Source of the DNA: Sedimentisphaerales bacterium | Lineage (GTDB): Bacteria; Planctomycetota; Phycisphaerae; Sedimentisphaerales; SM23-30 | Assembly: GCA_963666285.1 (NCBI GenBank) | Contig: OY762711.1 | Direction: 5' to 3' (one strand) | Length of the DNA: 64,000 nt | In this document: positions 50,303-59,029 of the stretch, piece by piece | Layout: the number at the start of each line of letters is the position of its first letter | Numbering within the stretch: position 1 is the first letter of the stretch | Program-made: the position numbers and the translations under genes | The notes under the pieces: model-generated | Database searches by the model: none | What the model was told of the DNA's origin: nothing | What the model saw: the letters and a program-made list of their open reading frames with translations, nothing else

Positions 50303-51184
50303 CACTGTCATCTGCTCTAATCTCTAGCAGCATGGCTGCTCGCTGGCCGCTCGTTGCTATTTCGCTGCTTATCTGCTCTAATCCCTAACAACCTCCGGTC
50401 GTTCGCGTAGCACGTATTTCCTGACCACTAGCCGCTGGCCGCTGGCAACTCGTTGCTGACAGCTCTCTTGATTTTTTATCCTTCATCCTTTATAATTGAT
50501 ACTTTAGAATCGCTTTCCATTTCATTTCTTTCTTTATCAGTGTGCATCGGTGTGAATCTGTGGTTCTGCTTTTCGGCGTAGCCGTTTAAAATAAGGTCCT
50601 GTACCATACGGTACAAGACACCTCAACTCTTACCTCTTACCTTTAACCTCTTACTTTACCTGCCTCCCCGTCTCCGCTCCGTCCCCGTGTTTGGGCTTCC
50701 GCACCCATTCAACGTTCCTCCGTATACTGCCCGCGGCCCGCAATTCGCCACCGTTCAAATCCGTTACCCTTTTCGCCGCCGTCCACCCGCCGCGATGCCC
50801 CGTTACCTTTCCGCACACCTCCCGTCACCCATCAATTAGCCGCGAGCGGTAGCGAGCAACCTTCCCTGGCACCTGAAACCAGATCCCTGGCCCCTGATTT
50901 TCTCGAAAAAATCACCGCGTTTTTACATCAACCAAAACGCGAAAATCTAAAATCTTCAAATATTTTATCCCACTTCCTACAAACACCTTACAAATTTCCA
51001 AGCCAACCATCCCACCAAAAAAATCAGCGCACTTTTGACATACCATCCAATAGTAGAGAGCCGACAAAAAAATGAGTACCAACAAAAATCAGCTCTCGAT
51101 AAAACATAACAACGACGAAAACTTCGTCTTAAATATAAATATCGCTCAATTAAAATTGAATATATATTAGATCACAGCTATACA

Positions 51185-53656
51185 TTACAGCTTAAATTCA
51201 TTCACGCTCGAAGTCACCAGCTGTTCAAAAAGCTCATTTGACGCTTTTTCTGAATACTCTTCATCGCCATAAAAGCTGTAATATTGATCAAACGATTTCT
51301 GTAAAGACCTCGACTCCGCATATTCGCGGGCTGCTGATCCAAAACTGGTTATTTTATCACTATTGTCAGCAAAATCATGCATCGCTTTGTACAAACTCTG
51401 AACACAAAGACCTTCAACTATTACTCCGGTCTGGTCTGGTATAATATTTTCTCGTGGGCCGCCCGAATCACTGACTATTACCGGCAATCCGGCCGCCTGC
51501 GCTTCCAATACAACGTTACCAAAGGTGTCAGTCGTACTTGGAAAAACAAATACATCACAAGCATTATAAATTGTCTGAAGGTCATTTCCTGACAAATAGC
51601 CCGTAAAATGCGTTGGAGTATCTGCCATATTATCACGCATCTGCTTGAGATAAGGGCCGTCACCAACAACAATCAGGCTTACATCGTCTCTCAAGCGGCA
51701 TAACTGCTTAAATGACTGTTCCAATATTGGCAAATCCTTTTCCCGCGATATACGACCAACAAACAAAAATCTGGTACCCTCCGGCAGGCTCGGACCAGTA
51801 TAGCTATTTTCCGGTGAAAACTTGCGGGTATCTACACCACGAGGCATCAGACGTATCTTGGTCGGAGAAATTCCTTTATCGACTAATTCATCATATGTTG
51901 CCCGTGACGATGCGAAGATTATATCTGACTGATCGTAAAACCATAATATAAACTTCCAGGTCATTTCTTCAATTGAGGAATCTTCTGTTAGATATTGAGC
52001 ATATTGAGGGATAGCTGTATGATATGTTGTATAGAATGGAAGTTTCATTATACGCGATATTGCCAGCGCCAGCAATCCAACCGGCCCGGGAGTAGCTGCG
52101 TGTATATGAGTATAATTCTGCTTAAATGCATACTGCATTATCTCAAGAACTGGTGGGAAAAACAATATTTGCTCAGGATATTCAGGAACCTCAACGGTAT
52201 TAATTGCATTAAAGAATTTTCGACATTTACCGCTATGCTTATGGGCATCTTTTTCTACACAACTTATTACGGTAAATTCTTTTCCTGTTTCCCACGCCAT
52301 ATTTGCTTGATTTCGTAATGTATGAGCGACCCCGTTGACTTCCTGGAGTGTGTCTGTGAACAAACCAACCTTAGTCTTCCTGTATGCTAGTTCCGGTTCA
52401 AAATGCAATATTGCTTTTTCCGCTGAACGTCTGTTACCGGCATAAACTGAGTATGATATAAAATATGGTGCCATTATCGCATACAACGTTGCTGCCGACC
52501 CGGCAGATTCAAAAATACCAAATAAATTCGCTTTACTTATACGTTCCAGGCTTTGGGTTCCTAACTGCTCTAAAATAGAATTAGATACTGTTGATACAAA
52601 CCTGAACCACATATTGTCACGTTCATTATGATCCACCACGTCCTTTTGTAACGCTGCTGAAAAATGACGATCTCCAACTATTAACTTATGCGCCTGACTC
52701 TGTATAACATCAAATGCACGTGAACTGCTGCTTTTTGTAGAGATTTTTGAGTTTTTCATTAACTTAAAGTGGATCTTATTAATTATACCTGACACTTTGG
52801 GGGTCTGCTCTGGGTCCAGCATAAGATCTAAAAAACGCATTAGTACATGTCGATCTCTATATTTTGTTACATTAAACTTCGTACTGTAAAACTGGTATGC
52901 CACGCCATATATGTTATGCGCCATTGCATTTGGCTCTGGCTCAGCTTTAAAATGTGCTTTCGTCTCACGGTCATTATATTTCTTCCAGAATTCCTGTAAA
53001 TCAGAAGCCTTTTCAATTTCTGTGTATGCTCGCGATATATTTAAACCGCTATGATCATCTGAGCCTCCTATAAGGCACTTACGCCATGGCATATCGCCGT
53101 AAGGACGAATTCCGTGACGATCTGCTATTTTCTCCAGTTTTTCCTCTGTAATATTAGTAATAATTGTTTTCACCACCTGGTTTACATAATTATCCTCATC
53201 ACCATTAAGCTCAAAATGATTAAAAAGTAGCATACACTTTTCGACATGTTCGACAGTAAGTCTGTCATTTGGTGAATAAAAAGGATGTGCCAGGGCATAA
53301 TATATACCGCTATCGGCAAGATATTCTACTAGATTATAAATATTGCCCCTGATCTCATCAATTTCCTTGAACTGAGATTCGGTTATATCATAAACGAGCA
53401 CATGAACCTTGCAGCGATCTTCTGGAAAATATGCTGTTACCTCACAACTTATAAATGTATTGGGTAAATCAAGAATCTCCAGACATCCGCCAATAGCATT
53501 ATGATCTGTTATTGTTACGGCATCCATACCACCTGCCAACGCTATATCATACAACTTACGCGGCTCAGTATAACTCTCGTTACAGCCGATTTTATTCAAA
53601 AGCCAGATAGATGAATGGGTTGAAAATCTTGAATGGACATGCATGTCTACTTTCAT
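51185..53656 (-). CDS. Fusion of N-terminal PHP-family phosphoesterase domain and C-terminal GT4 glycosyltransferase
   Basis: PHP motifs KVDMHVHS, VTITDHN, CEVT, AHPF and GGSDDHS. GT4 motifs FTDTLQEVNGVA, HAATPGPVG, TYHT, FVGRISREK and DVFVFPSTTDTFGNVVLEAQAAGLPVI. ATG at 53656 with GAGG upstream is preferred over 53686. Confidence 0.88.
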   Translation of the reverse strand: MKVDMHVHSRFSTHSSIWLLNKIGCNESYTEPRKLYDIALAGGMDAVTITDHNAIGGCLEILDLPNTFISCEVTAYFPEDRCKVHVLVYDITESQFKEIDEIRGNIYNLVEYLADSGIYYALAHPFYSPNDRLTVEHVEKCMLLFNHFELNGDEDNYVNQVVKTIITNITEEKLEKIADRHGIRPYGDMPWRKCLIGGSDDHSGLNISRAYTEIEKASDLQEFWKKYNDRETKAHFKAEPEPNAMAHNIYGVAYQFYSTKFNVTKYRDRHVLMRFLDLMLDPEQTPKVSGIINKIHFKLMKNSKISTKSSSSRAFDVIQSQAHKLIVGDRHFSAALQKDVVDHNERDNMWFRFVSTVSNSILEQLGTQSLERISKANLFGIFESAGSAATLYAIMAPYFISYSVYAGNRRSAEKAILHFEPELAYRKTKVGLFTDTLQEVNGVAHTLRNQANMAWETGKEFTVISCVEKDAHKHSGKCRKFFNAINTVEVPEYPEQILFFPPVLEIMQYAFKQNYTHIHAATPGPVGLLALAISRIMKLPFYTTYHTAIPQYAQYLTEDSSIEEMTWKFILWFYDQSDIIFASSRATYDELVDKGISPTKIRLMPRGVDTRKFSPENSYTGPSLPEGTRFLFVGRISREKDLPILEQSFKQLCRLRDDVSLIVVGDGPYLKQMRDNMADTPTHFTGYLSGNDLQTIYNACDVFVFPSTTDTFGNVVLEAQAAGLPVIVSDSGGPRENIIPDQTGVIVEGLCVQSLYKAMHDFADNSDKITSFGSAAREYAESRSLQKSFDQYYSFYGDEEYSEKASNELFEQLVTSSVNEFKL

Positions 53657-53700
53657 TATTTTTCCTCGTACAAATATATTAAGCATCGCGCGACATACAA

Positions 53701-55083
53701 TTAGCCGACAGCAATTGCCGTTGTTTCTTCTCTTTTTATTCTGTTAAGTTCTTCTTTTACAAGCCGTAATGTTTTACTAGTTATTGCATTATCATTTTGA
53801 ACGAAATACTTGGCTATTTTATCGTAACAAATGTTTTCTCGCCCGTTAAAGAATCCGCAAGCTCGATAATATGCCAGATCCTTTCGCCACAGCTTATAAT
53901 GAACCTTATCTGTCAGCTTTCGACGGAATATATGCATCTTATTACTCCTGATATCCAATACCGGACCAAGCAGCTCTGATGGATCCCGAAAACACTCCCA
54001 GTCACAACGCCGGCAGTCAATATCCACATCAATCTCACTCATTTCAATTTCAGTGTACTTGCCTAATGTGTCATCACTGCGGAACCCGCAAGGCCATGCC
54101 TCGCGGCTTTGAGCATCAATAAAAAAGTAATCAATCCCACCACGACATGGATACCCATATTCTTTAGAACTCGATTCTTCCAAACTCTGCCGATATTGAT
54201 TTATCATCATATAAAGACTGGTTTGAGGCGAAAATATTCTGAGTTTATCGCGGTAATTGCCTAAAACGTCAAACATAGCCTGGAAAATCAAGGCTTTCTC
54301 CTGACGGGTAAAAGTCACAATATCATCACTACTTGCAGCTCCATATACATTCCCCAGGCCATTGTCTGTATTTATATCAGAACTCATTGGATAACAGGCG
54401 TTTACTATAGTAAAACCTATATCCAGAACCTTCCGGTAAAATAAATGAAAATTTTCACAAAATGTCTCATAAAAGCTATCTACATCTGTAGTTACAAGAT
54501 GACAGGATCTGGATGCACCACCCGTATTGCGATTTATGCCAAGGTTAGCACTTGGAAATATTCCTCTTTCATGGAATATCGGCAAGGCTTTTTCCATACC
54601 TCTGACAACACCTTCAAGCCCACGCATTTTTTCATGAGTTACTGAATCGCTTGAATCAAGACTAAACCATAATGTATATAATGGACTATCAGCCAGCTTG
54701 TCAGCTAAATTAGCTACTTTCTTCTCCCAGTCTGGCTTATCGCTGCCGCATAGAAAGTAACCGTTAGTACCTGTCCTAATGTATGGTATGCCCGCTTTAC
54801 CGGCATAGCAAATTGCCTCTATAAGATCATCAGCAAAAAGAAATGGTTCGCCCCCGGTAAAAGACAAAGCCTGAACTCCATTTTCTGCTGCTTTATCTAT
54901 TATTTGCTTTAGTTCATCAAGTTCAATTCTTGCTCTCTTAAACTTGGAAGTTACTCTCAATTCGCATTGAGGGCATTTTGCATTACATGCGTCAGATAAT
55001 TGTATTATCAACTGGCCAGGCGTTCTGCTGTTTCGTGCAAACAACAGGTTAATTGCCTGAACTACTTCACTTTTCTTTTTCAA
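53701..55083 (-). CDS. Radical SAM protein with C-terminal Cys-rich (SPASM/Twitch-like) region
   Basis: CNAKCPQC (CX3CX2C), SFTGGEP, TNG, SLDS...HEKMRG, and C-terminal CRGG...PCG...CRRCDWEC. Confidence 0.88.
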   Translation of the reverse strand: MKKKSEVVQAINLLFARNSRTPGQLIIQLSDACNAKCPQCELRVTSKFKRARIELDELKQIIDKAAENGVQALSFTGGEPFLFADDLIEAICYAGKAGIPYIRTGTNGYFLCGSDKPDWEKKVANLADKLADSPLYTLWFSLDSSDSVTHEKMRGLEGVVRGMEKALPIFHERGIFPSANLGINRNTGGASRSCHLVTTDVDSFYETFCENFHLFYRKVLDIGFTIVNACYPMSSDINTDNGLGNVYGAASSDDIVTFTRQEKALIFQAMFDVLGNYRDKLRIFSPQTSLYMMINQYRQSLEESSSKEYGYPCRGGIDYFFIDAQSREAWPCGFRSDDTLGKYTEIEMSEIDVDIDCRRCDWECFRDPSELLGPVLDIRSNKMHIFRRKLTDKVHYKLWRKDLAYYRACGFFNGRENICYDKIAKYFVQNDNAITSKTLRLVKEELNRIKREETTAIAVG

Positions 55084-55740
55084 TAGTACATCCTGTTTTC
55101 ATCCAGGTAACCAAGTAATAAAGATTACCTGTCATAATCTGCTTTTTAATAATGATATGCTGGCTTGTTTTATGTAATTGCACAACATTTAACACTAAAT
55201 TCTATCTATATTATCAGTTTACACTTCATATAAGCAGAACATGTTAATTATTTATTATTTTTTCATTAACCCGAAGAACGACAAAAATATTTAACTGCTT
55301 GTATTATTTGCTATAAAGGCATATATCATGATGTAATTTTATCGAGATATCGAATTACACACGTAAGATTCTAATAGACAATTATTTATGTGCAATATCC
55401 ACATTAACAGCATATTTATACCATCTTAATCATTTACTATTAAACTATTATTTTCATTTTTACATGAAACAAATTCTAAACTAATGTCAGTATGGTATTA
55501 TTTGCATAAGAATTAGGAATGATTATTTTATGCCAAAGAAAACTGGCGGATGAGAATAATGCAAAGGGGAAATGAGATTAGTGAAAAGAGAGATTTTTGC
55601 ATTTTCTCTCCAGCCAGTTAATAATCACTAGTGATATATACACCAAATCTTTGTAACAGAGCGGCTCGTTGTTTGAGTCGCTCTCACTATTTTAAACTAT
55701 CGACTCAGCTATAAACATATATGTATTAGATTATTAGACA

Positions 55741-55780
55741 AAAAAACACACAATATTTCTTAAAATATTGTGTGTTTTTG
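55741..55780 (-). terminator. Intrinsic terminator of the TonB operon
   Basis: AAAAACACACAATATTT-CTT-AAAATATTGTGTGTTTTT long inverted repeat just downstream of the TPR gene stop. Confidence 0.75.
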
Positions 55781-55804
55781 CACAAACGATTCAAAACTAT
55801 ATGG

Positions 55805-57190
55805 CTATTTGCTAGTTTTGGATATTTTTTCAACCTGAACTAAAAACTCTCTAACATTTTCTCTAGGCTTAATATCCTGAGCTCTTTTTAATAATGGTAG
55901 AGCCTCGTTATATTTACCTGAACCAACAAGCAGCTGGGCATGCCGAACCTTGGCATCTGCCTCATATTTTTCGATATTTGCTGCCCTCTCATAATAAAAT
56001 ATAGCTTTTTCATTATCACCATTACGTTGATAGTTCTGACCTAATAGAATTAATGCTTCGCCATCCAGAGGATCAATTTGTACTATCTGTTCCAGAACCT
56101 TAACCTCTTCTTCTGCAGCTCCGGAAGCTACCGCTAACCTGGCACGAAGTTTCAAAATATCTTTATTCAAATCATCACTGATATTGCCATTAAATACTTT
56201 ATCCAACTTTTCAATTAAAAGACCGGTCTCTTCCATCGCACCACGAGCAACCAGCACTTTTGCTGAACGAACAGCTCTGTCTGGCGTAGCACCTTTTAAA
56301 TCCATCGCCTTGGAATAAGACTGAACCGCTAATTCATAAAGCTCCTGGTTAACATATATATCACCAAGCATATTCAGGCTATCTAAAGTTGAGCCACCCA
56401 TAACATCAACAATTTCATATATTTCAGCTGCTTTCATTGGTTTTTCTAAGGCAATATAGGCATTTGCCTGAAGCAGCCATAAACTCACATTTTCAGGATC
56501 ATCTTTAATCAAAACATCACACAAAGCAACTGCATCAGCATATCTGTTCTGCTTGAAGAAACAACGGGCTAATCCCATTTTCCAGTCAAATGTTTTAGGA
56601 TCAAGCAAAATTGCCATTCTATAAGCACTTTCAGCCGAGATATTATTATCAATAGAAGAATAGCCATATCCTAATAAACCATAAGTAATTGAGTCATTAC
56701 CGCCAAGTTCAATCACTTTTGTCAATGCAGGTACGGCTTTAGAAAAATCTCCCTGACGAACATGAATCATTGCCATATTCTTCCAGGCTCGCCTGAATTT
56801 GGGATACTTCTCTACAGCAACCTGATATAGCTCTAAAGCTTCATTGTAATTTTCCTGTTGAAAATAAATATTTGCAAGAGTAAAGTCAATAACAGCACTA
56901 GCAGCTTCTCCCCTGATCTTCTGCAAACGCTTAACTGCATTATCCATCTCATCAGCAGAAAGCATTTCCATTATTTCCTTCATGTCTTCAAGTTCAGTAA
57001 CGGTTACACGCGGTTCAATCTCCGTTTCCGCTATATAACTTTTTGTAAACTGCGTCTGAAACTGTTTGCTATTCCAGATTTTTAGCTGCAATTCTGACAT
57101 TGCAGGCTCCGAAGCGGCAGTAACAGCACTTAAAATAGAGACTAATGAGAATAATAACAATGTTTTGCATTTATAATAATTTAAGTCCAT
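55805..57190 (-). CDS. Tetratricopeptide-repeat periplasmic protein (TtpD-like partner of TonB system)
   Basis: Signal peptide and multiple TPR motifs (FTLANIYFQQENYNEALELY, LGDIYVNQELYELAVQSY, LGQNYQRNGDNEKAIFYY). Confidence 0.85.
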   Translation of the reverse strand: MDLNYYKCKTLLLFSLVSILSAVTAASEPAMSELQLKIWNSKQFQTQFTKSYIAETEIEPRVTVTELEDMKEIMEMLSADEMDNAVKRLQKIRGEAASAVIDFTLANIYFQQENYNEALELYQVAVEKYPKFRRAWKNMAMIHVRQGDFSKAVPALTKVIELGGNDSITYGLLGYGYSSIDNNISAESAYRMAILLDPKTFDWKMGLARCFFKQNRYADAVALCDVLIKDDPENVSLWLLQANAYIALEKPMKAAEIYEIVDVMGGSTLDSLNMLGDIYVNQELYELAVQSYSKAMDLKGATPDRAVRSAKVLVARGAMEETGLLIEKLDKVFNGNISDDLNKDILKLRARLAVASGAAEEEVKVLEQIVQIDPLDGEALILLGQNYQRNGDNEKAIFYYERAANIEKYEADAKVRHAQLLVGSGKYNEALPLLKRAQDIKPRENVREFLVQVEKISKTSK

Positions 57191-57218
57191 CTTATCTTTC
57201 CGAAATAATATAGTTTAT

Positions 57219-57887
57219 CTAATTTCCTTTAGGAAATGTTATAGGTATACGCATGCGGAACCTGACTGATTTCCCACCGCTTTTACCCGGCTCAAACTTC
57301 CATCTTTTAACAGCATTTATTGCACTGCGATCAAATATAGGATTAGTTGATGTTTGCACTTTAGGATCTTCAACTCTTCCGTTTTTATCAACAATAAAAA
57401 TAACATATACCGTAGCCGGAGTATTGGCTCTCATTTCCTTGTTAAGAGTCGGGCCAGGCTGATAAATTACTCGTGGTTTCTGATCCAGATCGGCAATGGA
57501 AAATAACTGGTCAACATTATTACTTCCTGCGGTAACTACATTAAGATTAAGAGTAAAATCACCTTCTGTCCAACCACCTACTCCACCTGGATTTAACGCT
57601 AAAGTTAACTGCTCCAGGGTCAATGGGGTTGTCTCAGGCTGCAACTCCAGCTTTTCAGGTTCTTGAGGTGGTTCTTCTTCATTATCCTCTTCAACGATCG
57701 GATCCGGAGGAGGAGGCTCAACCGTATTTATTGACTGTACCACCATATCTACCGTAGGAGACTTTGCAATAGTTTGCATAAGCGGTAATACTAGAAAAAA
57801 TACCAGCGTAAGGGAAATTGCGCCAACAACTACTATCATATTATGTAATAACTGGTTGGCAATTGAAATTTTTCTTTTAGTACTCAT
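57219..57887 (-). CDS. tonB: Energy transducer TonB
   Basis: N-terminal TM anchor, Pro/Glu-rich linker (EPPPPDP), and TonB C-terminal domain (FIVDKNGRVEDPKV...FDRSAINAVKRWKFEPG). Confidence 0.9.
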   Translation of the reverse strand: MSTKRKISIANQLLHNMIVVVGAISLTLVFFLVLPLMQTIAKSPTVDMVVQSINTVEPPPPDPIVEEDNEEEPPQEPEKLELQPETTPLTLEQLTLALNPGGVGGWTEGDFTLNLNVVTAGSNNVDQLFSIADLDQKPRVIYQPGPTLNKEMRANTPATVYVIFIVDKNGRVEDPKVQTSTNPIFDRSAINAVKRWKFEPGKSGGKSVRFRMRIPITFPKGN

Positions 57888-57894
57888 AGAAAAA

Positions 57895-58308
57895 TTACCC
57901 TTTATTTTTCTTGCTGGCGATACTTACCTTAATAGCCCCGGCCAGCTTTGCTTCATCAATAGCACGTACAGTTAATTCCGTGGGGACTGATGAGTCAGCC
58001 TGAATGATGACCGGTACATCTTCTTTCTGAAGCATACGCTTAACCAAAGGTTGTATCCCATTAAAACCAATTTCTCTACCACCATAAACCACTTCGCCAT
58101 CAGCAGTAATAGCAATCATAATACTAGTCTTTTCAAGCATAACAGCAGATGCAGCCTGTGGTTTATCAACCTCGACGCCTGTCTCCTCAACAAATGTCGT
58201 AGTAACAATAAAGAAAATAAGCAAAATAAAGACACAATCCATCAAAGGGGAAATATCAATGCCTGTTTCATTACTGTCATCAGAAGCTATTTGACGAAAA
58301 CGTCCCAT
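57895..58308 (-). CDS. exbD: Biopolymer transport protein ExbD
   Basis: IDISPLMDCVFILLIFFIVTTTF, VDKPQA and VIIQAD motifs. Confidence 0.93.
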   Translation of the reverse strand: MGRFRQIASDDSNETGIDISPLMDCVFILLIFFIVTTTFVEETGVEVDKPQAASAVMLEKTSIMIAITADGEVVYGGREIGFNGIQPLVKRMLQKEDVPVIIQADSSVPTELTVRAIDEAKLAGAIKVSIASKKNKG

Positions 58309-58354
58309 ATTGTCCTCGCAATCAGAATCATCCAGTTATTAAAAGTTTAATTGA

Positions 58355-58990
58355 TCAAGCAACCTGGTTTTTTGTTTGTTTCTTATACTGTATTTGGGTA
58401 CATACTGTCTCGAGATGAGCCAGAAAAGCTTTATATCTTTCTTGTTGGCGAGATAGTAAATGCTGAAAAAACAAACCAGGCAAAGCAATTACCAGCCCTG
58501 TTTCAGTTGTTACCAGGGCTTCAGAAATACCTTCTGCCACCAATCCCAGCGTTTTATCGCCACCCGAACCATTTGCCAAAGCATCAAAAGTAGATAACAT
58601 ACCGGTTACAGTACCAAGCAAACCAAGCAAAGGGGCTGCACTTACACAGATCTTCATAATTTTCAAATCGCGTTCAAATGGTGCAACCTCAGTTATTCGC
58701 AATTCTTCAAAAAACATAGCAGTAGAAGCTAATGAGCTGCCGCCTGTAACAAAGTCCAGCAATTCACCTATTGGCCCTTTACGCTGCTGTGGATTATCAA
58801 TCCAATTCCGCCATTTCTTTTCTGAAACCTTTAAAAATCCTTTAGCTTTTAATCTAAGGTACATATTAACACCTATAGAAAACATAGTTAGCGATACAAC
58901 AGCAATTGCAATCATTGCCCAGCCGCCGGCAAGCCATATTTCACGAGCCTGGTTCCATAATTCTATAAATTTATGTTCTAATATTTCCAT
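58355..58990 (-). CDS. exbB: MotA/TolQ/ExbB proton channel protein
   Basis: AAPLLGLLGTVTGM and GISEALVTTETGLVIALP. Confidence 0.9.
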   Translation of the reverse strand: MEILEHKFIELWNQAREIWLAGGWAMIAIAVVSLTMFSIGVNMYLRLKAKGFLKVSEKKWRNWIDNPQQRKGPIGELLDFVTGGSSLASTAMFFEELRITEVAPFERDLKIMKICVSAAPLLGLLGTVTGMLSTFDALANGSGGDKTLGLVAEGISEALVTTETGLVIALPGLFFQHLLSRQQERYKAFLAHLETVCTQIQYKKQTKNQVA

Positions 58991-59029
58991 GATATTATCT
59001 TAAGCTCTCGAATGCATGAATAATTAAAT

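Noticed and set aside
44160..51100. Integron or prophage explanation for the accessory region
   Set aside because: No integrase or phage genes, and no GTTRRRY/RYYYAAC-bounded attC sites recognised between the AT-rich ORFs.
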